NCBI GenBank assembly: GCA_030704615.1
Contig: CM060732.1
Location: forward strand, 39,866,001 to 39,930,000
From: Takakia lepidozioides
Taxonomy: Eukaryota; Plantae; Bryophyta
Direction: 5' to 3'
Length of the DNA: 64,000 nt
The position numbers were made by a program, and so were the translations under genes. The notes under the pieces are model-generated. The model saw only the letters and a program-made list of their open reading frames with translations. It did not search any database and was not told the DNA's origin. Positions 47,865 through 58,889 of the stretch are shown one piece after another (the first letter of the stretch is position 1; each line of letters starts with the position of its first letter).

Positions 47865-48457
47865 TTAGTCAAATTTGAGGGTATGACAGCGGGTGGCTAG
47901 GTTGGCAAGACCATTCATATCAACATCCACCAATTTTGTGAGTGTTATATCCAGCACTTGAAGAGATTTTGCAGTTTCTGCTAGGGTTGCAAGGCACTGA
48001 ATAGCCCCATAACTGTGAACTACAGCTTCTGTTAGGTTTAAAAAAATCAAGTTTTCGCAAAGCATTTGCACATCCGTGATTAACAAACGCTTCAACCTCA
48101 AGTGTGTCAACGATTTGTAATTTCTGGTCAGGATTTTGACCCAAGGAGTGGTGCATGCCCCCCAAAGGTTCGGTAACAACAATAAAATATCAATTTCAGA
48201 ATTTTTCAAACAAAATTGAGGAATTTACTTTAGTTCTGCAGCCAAATTCTTCTACTCCATCCTGCAAGCACTCTGTAGTACTGTTGTAAAATCGGCCTCC
48301 CACAATTTGTACGCCTCGAAACAAACTAGGTAGTTGTTTTGAAATTCCTTCATGTAAGAACGACAACTCTTCCGATGCTTTCTCAAGGGTCCCAAGATAC
48401 TTCATCAACTGCTACATCCAAGGACGGCAACTACTCTCTCTTCCTCATCCAATCTCC
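47865..48457 (-). pseudogene. Degenerate COI1/TIR1-type F-box-LRR gene fragment
   Basis: LWGACTTPWVKILTRNYKSLTHLRLKRLLITD resembles the TIR1/COI1 WGGY..PW...L..L.LKRM.VTD motif; LATLAETAKSLQVLDITLT...LANLATRCHTL resembles WL.ELA....SL..L....T...L..LA.NC..L. Frameshifted and internally deleted. Confidence 0.65.
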
Positions 48458-48535
48458 TGTAAAATAACAAGAACATAAACTAGTAAAGAAGACAAACTTG
48501 ACCAAACCAAGAACAAAAATTAACTACTCTCTAAA

Positions 48536-50079
48536 GCCTCTCATTTTAAGATAATAGCGTCTTCAATGGGCACGAGCGAGGTGGCCGGTGGGCCCCGCGC
48601 ATGGAGGCCCGGCTCCGCCCACAAGCGCCTGCACCCGCCGCGCGGCCAGTCCCCGCCCATGAGTCCGCTGCCCTCCAATCTGCCAGTCCGTTGCCCTGCA
48701 GTCTGTCCTTGGGGTGCACCCCAGCCAACCTGTACCAGCCACGTGCGTGCATAGGAGGGGGTATTTTAAACCCCCCCATGTACAACATTATACATACATA
48801 GGGGGGGTGAGAAACACCTTAAATTCTAGCGACGACCCTTCGGAAGCTAGTTTAGCGTAGAGCAGGAATAGGGTGCCATAGTGCCACATCATCGTCGCCA
48901 CGTTTCGTAGACACGTTATCGTCGTCGTCAATTTCTTTGGACCCTGCCCGAAATGCCCGAAATCACCGAACTTGTCCCTCACGCGTTGCCGCTTCTTTCT
49001 CGCTCGCTGTCTCTGTGCACGTCTGCCTTTGTGCGCTAGGTGTGGTTGCTGGAATCATGGCTGGTGTGGAGGATAGCACCAACAATGCAGGAGAAATTCA
49101 CAACGGGGAGGAGAAGAAGCCTTTTGGAGGGGGGGAGGTCACATTAATCTGAAAGTGAAGGGTCAGGTATGGAAGCCCGTGGCATTTTTGTATGGGTTGT
49201 TTCCCATTTTTGTCAAATGCAGGGCTTCTAACTGCCAGGCCCAACTCCAGAGCTGTCACTGAGGACGGAGAGGAGATTTCAGCTGTACAAGCTCTCAAGC
49301 TCGCCGGAGTTGAGAAGCCCTTTGAGCTGCAACCAAAAGAGGGCCTCACCCTTGTTAATGGGATGGCAGTGGGGTCAGGCTTGGCATCAACGGTCTGTTA
49401 TGATGGAAATGTATTAGCCCTACTTGCTGAGGTTCTCTCAGCCCTCTTTTGCGAGGTGATGCCATTAACTCACAAGCTGAAGCACCACCCAGGTCAGATG
49501 GAGGCAGCAGTCATCATGGAGTGGATTCTTGATGGAAGCTCTTACATGAAGGCAGCTGCTGCATTGCACGAGACTGACCCGTTTGAAGAAACCCAAGCAG
49601 GATCGTTGCTGCTGCGTACTTCCCCACAATGGCTGGGTCCGCAGGTACACCTCTTATGTGGTTCACAAATATATTTGGTTACATCAAATGACAGGGACTC
49701 TCAGTAGATTCTCCTCGTGAAGAAAGCTGCGAGAATTATGGTAATGGCAGGGGACTAGCCAACGGACTGGCGGGCAGACTGGCGGACTGGCAGACTGCTG
49801 GGCAGCGGACTGGCAGGCAGACTGACAGACTGACAGACTGCTGGGCAGTGGACTGGCAGACTAGAGGGCAACGGACTCATGGGCGGAGGACTAGCCACGC
49901 GGCGGACGGGGGCGCGGGAGCGGGCGCTGCTGGTGGGCCACGGTTGCTGCAACCGCACCCGCGGCTGGGCGACCGCGCGCAACGACGGACGGGGTGGGGG
50001 AGCCGTGCGTCTGTGCGCGGGGCCCACCGGCCACCTCGCTCGTGCCCATTGAAGACGCTATTATCTTAAAATGAGAGGC
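48536..50079. mobile_element. Non-autonomous Mutator-like element carrying captured gene sequence (Pack-MULE-like)
   Basis: 66-bp perfect TIRs GCCTCTCATTTTAAGATAATAGCGTC...CCCCGCGCA (48536-48601, 50014-50079), with imperfect inverted homology further inward; perfect 9-bp TSD CTCTCTAAA (48527-48535, 50080-50088); no transposase. Confidence 0.87.
49219..49646 (+). pseudogene. PAL: Captured internal fragment of phenylalanine ammonia-lyase
   Basis: [13 protein letters not shown]...[22 protein letters not shown]...[39 protein letters not shown]...[12 protein letters not shown]. It lacks the upstream ASG (MIO) motif and the QGKPEFTD stretch, and is frame-disturbed near KPKQDR. Confidence 0.92.
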
Positions 50080-50107
50080 CTCTCTAAATGCGCCCATGCA
50101 TTATTAC

Positions 50108-53100
50108 CAGTGTTGGGCGGTTATGAACTTTGGCCGGTTATAACCGTCTATTATTAGACCGGTTATATATATATATATATATCCGGAGAGGTGCAAAAAT
50201 AAAAAAACCGGATATAAACAGATCCGGCGGAGGCTAGGGGTTGAGATAACCGACGGGCTTCGAGAACCGGCGAGCAAGTTTGGTTTTTTATTTATTGGTA
50301 TCCGGCCATGGCCTTAAAAAGGGACCCGGTTATCAATAAATATTGTCAGCATATACCCTTGCTAAGATTAATGTGACACATCATTCCAAGGCGATCGGGT
50401 TTAGAAACAAGTTTCGCCACTAGGTTTGGTGTGAAGAATGCTTTTTGTCTTTTCATGGTGGCTAAAAAGATCCGTAGTAAACCTCCATTCATTGTGAGGC
50501 GGCTGCTGGATTCGACTGCTGGAGTACGTAATTAATTAGGTGTGGAAGGGCGGCAACCACCTCTCAAGCTATTGAGGTAGTATGCGGCCCCTCTTTCCAT
50601 TTTGTTATTATGTTGGTTTAGTTTAGGATCTATGGAGCATGCACTGGCCTCTATGATTTGTGGTGGAACCCACTTGAGAGTATGGAGGAGTCTTCAGATA
50701 GGAGCAAGCTATCTTACACAGATGTATGATGTGTGGTGGAACCCACATTTTGTGTGAAATAGCTAGAGGGACAGTGGGGCAGGTCCGATTGCAGGCCCAT
50801 CTTGACTTGTAATTTAGGGTGTCTGGAGCATGGATGTCGTGGCCCTGCATCGTGTGATCATGTTGGAACCCACACTTTGTCGAGTAGTTAAAAGCTTTTC
50901 ATGTGTTGTCTCTTGATCAACTTTTAGCTCTGCAACCAGATTTCTATCTTGAGGGCATTAAGTTACTACGAATTGAATGAGATGTGGGCAATGGATAGTC
51001 AATGTGCAGGTGCTTCTATGCATGATTTGATTTCTGATCACTCTGCCCCTATACGGGAATCTTTAGGATCTGCCAACAGTAACCATGCTACAGAATCATT
51101 GAATCCACATGTGGAGATTGGGAGTTTTGGGGGGCCCACGGAGAGCCGGGGACCAAGTGAGCAAGTGGTGTCATCTAATGATGAGGAAGGGGAGCGACTA
51201 TTGTTGGACAGTCAGCTACGACTCTTGTGTGAACAGGCCCGATTCTGGAAACCTCACAATCGAAACTCTCCAACATGGGCGTTTTACAACATCAATGACA
51301 ACATGCCAGTGGATGTAGCTAAGCCTTAGGTAATGCGATGCATTATCTGTCATACTGCGCAGTTGGTCCCGCCATATTAGCATTACGCACCAGATGTCGA
51401 AAAGGTCTCATCACGTACTTCAAGGCCAACGACATCACAACGACGAGAAGACACGTTGAGGTAGAGCACTTGCGGGTGTCTTCAAAATATGAAGAGGAAG
51501 TAAATAGTAGAGAGAGGAATACTTTGGATCGACAGCCTGCTAAAAAATGTCATGGTGTCAGTCCAACTGCAATTTCAGAATATTTTGGGGCTGTCAACCC
51601 ATTCAAGAAAGATGACCTAGTCCAAAAGGCCTTTTGGAGGATCTGGTTTTGATGGTCATTAAACAGTACATGCCTCTTAGGACAGTCGAGTCGACCTGGC
51701 TACAAAGAATGGCCCTCCGTCTATGTCCCAGGGTAGTCTTCCCAAGTAGAAAAGTTTTCACTGATGAGGTGCTGCCTTCACTAGTTGAGAGAACCTTACA
51801 AACTTTTGTTGTTCCTGCTTTGGCCTCTTGTGTCTCGACTACAGCGAGCTTTGATTTGTGGATGTCCAAAGGAGCCTATGATGTTTTTGCCCTCGTCATT
51901 AACTTCTTGTCATCTGATTGGGAACCAAAACATGTAACCATAGGCCTGTTTGAAGCCACAGAAACAAGTGGTCAGGCCATGGCCATGAAACTTCAGCAAC
52001 TTCTTGCTAAGTTCTCTTTGACAAAAAAAATATTGTGCTATGTAAAAGACGAGGGTTCAAATTTGGCAAGCATGACACAAACACTCAAGTCAGTTGTGAG
52101 TTGTGACAATTTACAGTTGAAGGAACCTTTCTCTGGATCATGCTTTGGACATGCTATATCAAAAGCATGCCAATACGTCACCACGGATGAGAAAGTATGT
52201 ACAGGGTTATCTTATGTCTCCATCAAGGCTGCCCAAAGTGACATACAGAAATGCATTACATGGCCTAAGAAGTCAGGTAAGGGCCGCCAGGAATGGCAGA
52301 AGGCATGCATAGATTCTGACATGCAGCCCCGCAAGCTTAATACTCCTGTCAAAACAAGGTAAGTTTGTTATTTTATGTTTGTTTGTACTATGATCATAAT
52401 TAATGCATATGTAATCTGATGTAGGCCTAGTAATAATTATGTCTTTACTGTGTATACTTCTTTTGATGCTTTGTGACAATCTGGTCATCACTATTAATAT
52501 TAATGTAAGCTGGTTATAATTACGTTTTGTAATCTGGTTGTTTATTGTTTATAACCTAATCAATTTTCTTGCAATATTGTGGTCACCATTGATTGTTCAT
52601 GATATTTGTTATGTGGTCACTCGTTGAATTTTGATGTAGTATCTATGGGGAGGGTGTAGGTTTGCAAGTAGGGTGTTGATGTTTGAGGATGCTCTACGTT
52701 TCCGAACCGCCATCAATTTATGCTACAGCCGTCAAACATTGGTCTTGCAAGCTCGAGTTCCCACCGGTAAAACTTGGGCTATTGCTGGGGCTGTTGTGAA
52801 AACACTATCTCCTGTTGTCACTAGTTGCGTGCTCAACCAAAGTCGAGGCCATTGGTTGCTCACCGACGCTTTCAATGTGGCAGTAACCATGTCGTTGCAA
52901 TTCCAGCGAGAGTGTGCAGCGATTACGATTGAAAATAGGTTTGTCGAAGCCTCACAAACAAATGGCTTTGACCGGGAGTTGGCTGATTTGAGTGTTGCAA
53001 ATGAAGAAAGAAGTAATTGGTGTTTTGTCACATTTCTTGGCTTTCATGCATAAGTACGACAAGTTAAAAGCCCATAATATCCTTGCTTTGATGCTTGATC

Positions 53101-54477
53101 CTCGCTTCAAGGGCATGGCTTTGGTTTCAGAGTATGTAGGCCGAGAGGTGGCCCTCCGAATCGTGGAAGAATATGACACGGAATCTTTACATCCATTGCT
53201 TCTCGCATGTTTCCAAGCTTTGGTACCATCTAGCCCCTTGGAAAGTGATTGTGGTCGAGTGCATGACAACACTCATGATTTATTCACGACCTCCGAAACA
53301 ACGGCTGAAACCACCAAAGACATTGTCATCTGAGAATTGGCTTTGTTCCGACGTTTTGCAATTAATGTAGAGAATTGCAGTAACCCTCTGACCTGGTGGA
53401 GGTCTCATGAACTAAAGTTTCCAACTATTGATCATCTGGCTCGGCAGATATTGGGAATCGTTGGCAGCCAAATTGAGACAGAACGAATATTTTCTATTGC
53501 TGGAATCCTCACTGCTTTACGTCGTTGTCGTTTGCAAACAAACAATCTTGACAAGATGATCTTTTGTTGCAAAAAATTGGCCTAATGATCCGAGAGAGGG
53601 TTGCAAGAGTTTCAAAGTGCTGGCTGATATGAAGGAACTTGAGGATGAATTGGAAGAGCAGCTTGACGAGGAATTTGATGATGAAGTTGAACATGAGGAA
53701 TTTCCCGAGGGCGATGAGACTTTCTAGTGTTGTGCTAATGGTAAGATTCATTTCACTTTTTCTAGTTTACAATGTTGATTAGCAATCTATCCATTTATAT
53801 TAAAATTATATGTGCTGATTGGGTTTTTTTGGCTGCTTTGTCTTGACAGAAATCTGAAGCAAGAAGAAGGGCTCTACAATGAAAATCCTTGCCATGGGAT
53901 TATGGTAGCTGCCTAGAGTGTGTAGGATATACAAAAATCAGTGTATGTGAAGAAGGTATTGATGGATGCCGTAATATTTCTTCAAATCATTGAATAACTT
54001 ACCCTACATAATGAAAAAATCTATATGAAACCAATCTGGTAACTAAGATGTCCATTATTGATCATCTGGATGATCCAGTTTCAAGGGCTAACCATCTTGC
54101 ATGGCTGGTCAATCCATGCTTGGCATTTATTTAAAGTTTTTTTTTTATAGAAATATTTTCATCATTTCAATATATGTAATTTTTTATTTTATAAATAGTT
54201 CATTTACATGACCGCAATATAACCGTTTTAAGGACCGCCGGTTATCTACCGGTTATGAAGTATATTGAACTTCCAGATCCGGTTCAAAAAACTGCCTGTG
54301 CAAAGGTCTTTAATAACCGGAATTGAACTTAACCGGGTTTTTTGAAAACATCAAAGAACCGCCTCCGGCAGGTCATTTAATTTTTTCTTTTGTCCATTTA
54401 ACCGCCTCCGGAGGTTCTAAAGAAGGGGCAATTGGCAAAGAAGGAGCTCACGAAAACATGATAACCGCCCAACACTG
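50108..54477 (+). mobile_element. Full-length hAT transposon with disabled transposase
   Basis: 17-bp perfect TIR CAGTGTTGGGCGGTTAT; 8-bp TSD ATTATTAC (50100-50107, 54478-54485); CCGG-rich subterminal repeats. Confidence 0.93.
50982..53727 (+). pseudogene. hAT transposase (BED finger, DDE core, hATC dimerisation domain) with stops and frameshifts
   Basis: WAFY...CIICH...RRH (BED), SFDLW, KDEGSN, CFGH, MLDPRFK, PLTWW...LARQILG..GSQIETERIFS. Intron ~52359-52660. In-frame stops at ~51327 and ~53331 plus several frameshifts. The ends are approximate. Confidence 0.9.
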
Positions 54478-57400
54478 ATTATTACAAGTATTCAAAAATT
54501 TTGAAGCCTCAAAACCATGAAGGGACTGAGTGAAAGGTCGTGCCATAAGAAAAAAAGGAGTGGTGCTGGTTCACATACCATGGTTGTTGTAGCGGAGTAG
54601 CCTGCTGCCCAAGAACAGAGCTCTGAGCACGGCGATGGCGGCAAGCGACCCAGAGTGCCTTCTCTTCTTTACCAAACCTACAACCCCACTGATGCCAGGC
54701 CTGAAGCCACTGATTTCAGCAGTTCCGTCTTATCGTTCTTGTTGCTCTTGATTCACCCCTCTTCTTTCCCTTAGTTGCTTCTAAGTATCTTCCTTCGCTT
54801 CCTTGTGGAGCTCTCGCTCTTACTTAGGACTGGTTCGGAGCAGAGACACTTCTATCAGCCTTCAAGGCTTTTACAAGGTTATTTTTTCCTTGACTAATAA
54901 AGTTTTTCAAGGGCCACTGTCCCCCTTTTTGCAAAAAAAGAAAAGAAAAAGATATCTACAATTTTCCTTTGTGTTTGGGTCTCGCTCTCTCACCTCAGAT
55001 CTTGCGAAGAGGCTCTCCCAAAAACTGAGCAGTTTTGAGAATCCTGAAGGAAATTCAAGCATATTGGACCTGCATCACTCGTCTCTATGGCAACCCCAGC
55101 GGCACTTCCCTGCCAACCCCGTCGGACAGCCCGCACTCAATTGGAGCAAGTTGTTGAGCCTCCCCTATCGGCTGCCCTTCTAACAACTGCTAGCTTGGGT
55201 CCCTCTTGGCCAAACGGACCCCTTTTTATCAGCAGGACACAATGGCACCGTACCCAACAGGGCTCCTCCAAGCCAACAGCTCTCACAAATTGTGGACGTC
55301 AACCATGTGCAGGCATGTCAGCTCCAGAACTATGGCACGGAATGGGAGGAAGACAACGTCTCACCTGATGAGAATGCTGACAGTTTCCAGGGCTTTCAGC
55401 AGGACGGGCATGGTTATACCTTGGGAGAATTACAACAAATGCAGTGGCACGCAAAAGCCCTTCGGCAGCGGCTAGAGAGTGTGTCTGTTGTAAAGAACCT
55501 GGCAGATCGGCAACGTGAGTCGACCAATTCTTCATCTCTCTCAGGCCCGTACCTAGAATGCGCTTAGCACTGCTTCCTTGTCACTGGGAAGTCAAACAAT
55601 CCCCGGAAGCCAACAAACACTCAGCACTGAAGCTGCACCTTTCAATCCCCCTGCTGCAACGCCGAAGGTACCCCAGCAGCCCATTGCCTCTATCAACGAA
55701 ACAATGTTCCCTGGGCGGGCCATCGGAGACCGGCCACCTCTCACTTTTGATCGGCCAACGAGCTTCGCAATGTGGCAAATAGCAATGGCTCGGGAGGGCT
55801 TGGGGAGATGGTGTAGCCAAGCAGTCCCGCATTGGATGGATAAAACCATTTAAGAGCTCAACAGGTAAGACGTTGCTCCAAATGGTTGCATGCAAAGAGT
55901 GTGCATGTCTACAAGCTGTTCCTTGGCTTATTAGATTGCTCGGAGTGCATACACTTCAATCTAGAAATTTTCCCTCTCCTCTAATGAAGTACCAGGTCCA
56001 TGTTACATTTAGTATATGCTAAAGTTCTGTTCGGTCCTGAACATGGAGATTTAGTGTGTCAGGCTGGTTGTTTGCAATCTCACAGATCAAATCACTTGAC
56101 AGTGAATACAGTGCGGCTTCCCCCCCCACCCCTGCAGCAACAACAGCTCATGGGCACCACAGGACTACCCCCTTTGCACAATGGAGGCACCATGGGCAAG
56201 CGGGGTCGGACTTTCACCCCTGTGAATGAAAAGACCGAGTCCTTGGGGTCCCCTCGGATTCACCGCCAGCCCAGGGGATCTGGACTTTGGCTGCACGGAT
56301 AATGGGGTGGACAGTGTCTTTCAAAATCCCCCACTCACCTCAGCAGTTGTGTCCAAGGAGTGCCCTTGAACGAGGAGAAATCGAGTCTCTCCAAGGATGT
56401 TTCAGTTCAAGGAGCTGGAGATAAAGCACCACCGAAGGCTGAGAGTATTCCAGGTGATGACACTCTCTGCCAGCCACCAGGCCTGAGACGGGACGTTTAG
56501 AAGCTACCTTCTCTTCCTTCCTGTGCATATTGCAAGCCTAATCTCCACTTGAAGTCCGTCCATTTCGTCAAATTCTTATCAAAAGGCTTAAATCATTTCC
56601 AAAAGAAGTTTCTCTGCAAAAGCCACGCCGCAATCCACTTGCATGGGTGATGTGCACATAACCCTTCTCCTTCCTAGTAGGCAGTCACAGTCCTCTCTGC
56701 TGCATGGATTTTAAGATGAAGTTCCACAGGAAGATGGCCATTCCAGGTGTAGAGGGATGAAGTTGGAGCCCTTAACTTCGTCTTCGCTTTTATCATACCT
56801 TCTTAACAAAGCAGGGGCTGGGAGAGAGGAACTATAGATGAGGTACACATACATTTGGTCAGCTTGGCTTTCTACGACCCATCCACTCTCATGCTGTAGA
56901 AGCACCAACCTTTGGTCAACATGCATGGCTTGGAATAGCCAACCAACTGTCATAGATGAGTACTACCACTACCATCCACCTCAAGATAATCTGTGCCTGC
57001 CTCCCCAAGGCTGCCAAGTCCACAGCACTCCCAAAATATGGGACTCCAACTTTCCTTCAGAAGTTGGTGCTGCCATGATGAGTTTTAGACAGATCATGTA
57101 TATCTGCAGATACAAGCTGAGAGTTTACTCACATTGCAAAAGACTGTCATACCGCAAGCCAGGCAGGCAAGATCTGCAAAGGATCAGGTCCTCCTCGCCA
57201 CAACCTGTCAAGCAAGGAGAAGGCGAGAAGAGAGGAGCAAGGAGGGGGTACAACGGGGAGGTTTGTAAATTTCCTCCTCCTGCCCAAGCGGGCTAAATTT
57301 AATACGTGGGGTGGGGGGGCGTGTATGGGTCAAATGGCGGGGCAAATAGGCGGGGTAGTTAGCAAATCTTAGCTGTGGCTAAGATTTAGCCATGGTTTAA

Positions 57401-58516
57401 AGCTGTAGTGCAGCAGACTGATAGATGTAGCCACGGCTAAATCGTGCAGTGCGGCCAGGGGTTAGGTATGATTGACGGCTACATACGAAGCTTGGCCTTC
57501 AAGGGCTGTAGCTGTCAAGGCTTAGGCGTAGCCCTGCTTTAATTATGTTGGTCGAGCTTCCTACACATATAGGGAAGCCATGACTTCCATTTTCACACAA
57601 ACAGGAAGTGGTCTCAGCCTTTATCTGCTTTTTGCAATTGCTTGCTGTGGATACGCGCAATGACTCCAGCAGGTCTACCTCAAGCTTACAAGGTTCTGTC
57701 CAGGGACACACCTTTACTCTCACAATCTTTCACTTGCTTACATCGCATGTTGGACAGCCATAGCAAGCATGAAGACCTGCCACTCACCTCGCGCATCCTC
57801 ACTAACACACATTCTGTTGGATGTGGGTCCTACACTTTTCATGGGTCTCCAAGCTGTATGTGTAAGTTTTGCTACAGTATGTACTCATAAGATGTTGTTT
57901 TCTGTAGCCTCGTGTAGTTTTGCTACAGAGTACTTAGGAAAAAAGGTGGAAATCACCTGTTGCATGAAGTAACCGCTGCCTAGGCAGAATGGTACAACGA
58001 TTGGTGTACTTCCATGCTTCTTTGAAGGAAGTATTAGACGAAAGTGATCTACCCTTGTGATGTCATACCAGAAGACTTGGAGTAATCTCAGTCTTGAGAC
58101 ATGTGATCTTTGAGGAAACTGTACTAATCTCCTTGCTTTGCAAAGTGATCAGTCCAGATATGCTACTAACTCTTCATACTCACATCTAGAGTGGACTCCT
58201 TGACTTCTTAGGTCTGGTGCTATCTCTAATTCTCTGTACCTTAACACCTCTAGCTAGTTCTGAAATGACATGGATAACAGCTGTGAAGGGGCTCTGAAAC
58301 CTGGCATTCCTCATTTTACCACTAACTTAGTTATTGTAGTTCTTGTGGAATGGTGCCAGGTGAAAGTCGAAAGGTGTAGCCATATCTTACTTTGAAGAAG
58401 CTGATGAGAACTCTCTCTCCAGCAAGAAATACAAACTTACCGATGGAAGACACATACTACCCTCATAACAAGAGCCACATACTGAAACAAGGTTCACTTG
58501 CACACAGGTACTGAAC

Positions 58517-58889
58517 AGTCAATGGTCGCTTGTATGCCCTAGACCCCACAAGCTCCATGGATGGCAGCAAGGTCAAGGTGTACGACTCTGAGCAAGATGT
58601 CTGGAAGGTTGTGCTGAGGAAGGTCCCCATTCTGTTGGACCTCATGGATTCAGAATCACCATACCTGTTGGCCGGATTTGGTGGTAAGCTCCATGTGATA
58701 ACCAAGGACATCAATGACAATGTGGCAGTACTAAGGGCAGAACTGCGTGAGAACAGCAACAGCAATCTGCCCCCTTCTACGGCTGAAGGTGGTGAAGCTG
58801 AATTGGGCTGGAAAAGCATTGTGAGGGGGAGTTTCGGCTCGGTGGAGTTGGTCACTTGTCAGGTTCTTGACCTGTCACATAACCACTGA
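58517..58889 (+). pseudogene. Isolated C-terminal fragment of an F-box/kelch-repeat gene
   Basis: VNGRLYALDPTSSMDGSKVKVYD...DVWKVV...DSESPYLLAGFGGKLHVIT...FGSVELVTCQVLDL matches the C-terminus of plant F-box/kelch proteins. There is an in-frame stop just upstream and no F-box or earlier kelch repeats are visible. Confidence 0.72.

Noticed and set aside
49192-49707. Functional PAL gene
   Set aside because: Internal fragment only, lacking the ASG/MIO motif, with a deletion and frame disturbance, and enclosed by TIRs.
50949-53727. Active autonomous hAT transposase
   Set aside because: At least two in-frame stops and several frameshifts.
55080-57300. Protein-coding gene among the many short overlapping ORFs
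   Set aside because: No consistent frame or recognisable motif; possibly a decayed retroelement 5' region but not assignable.
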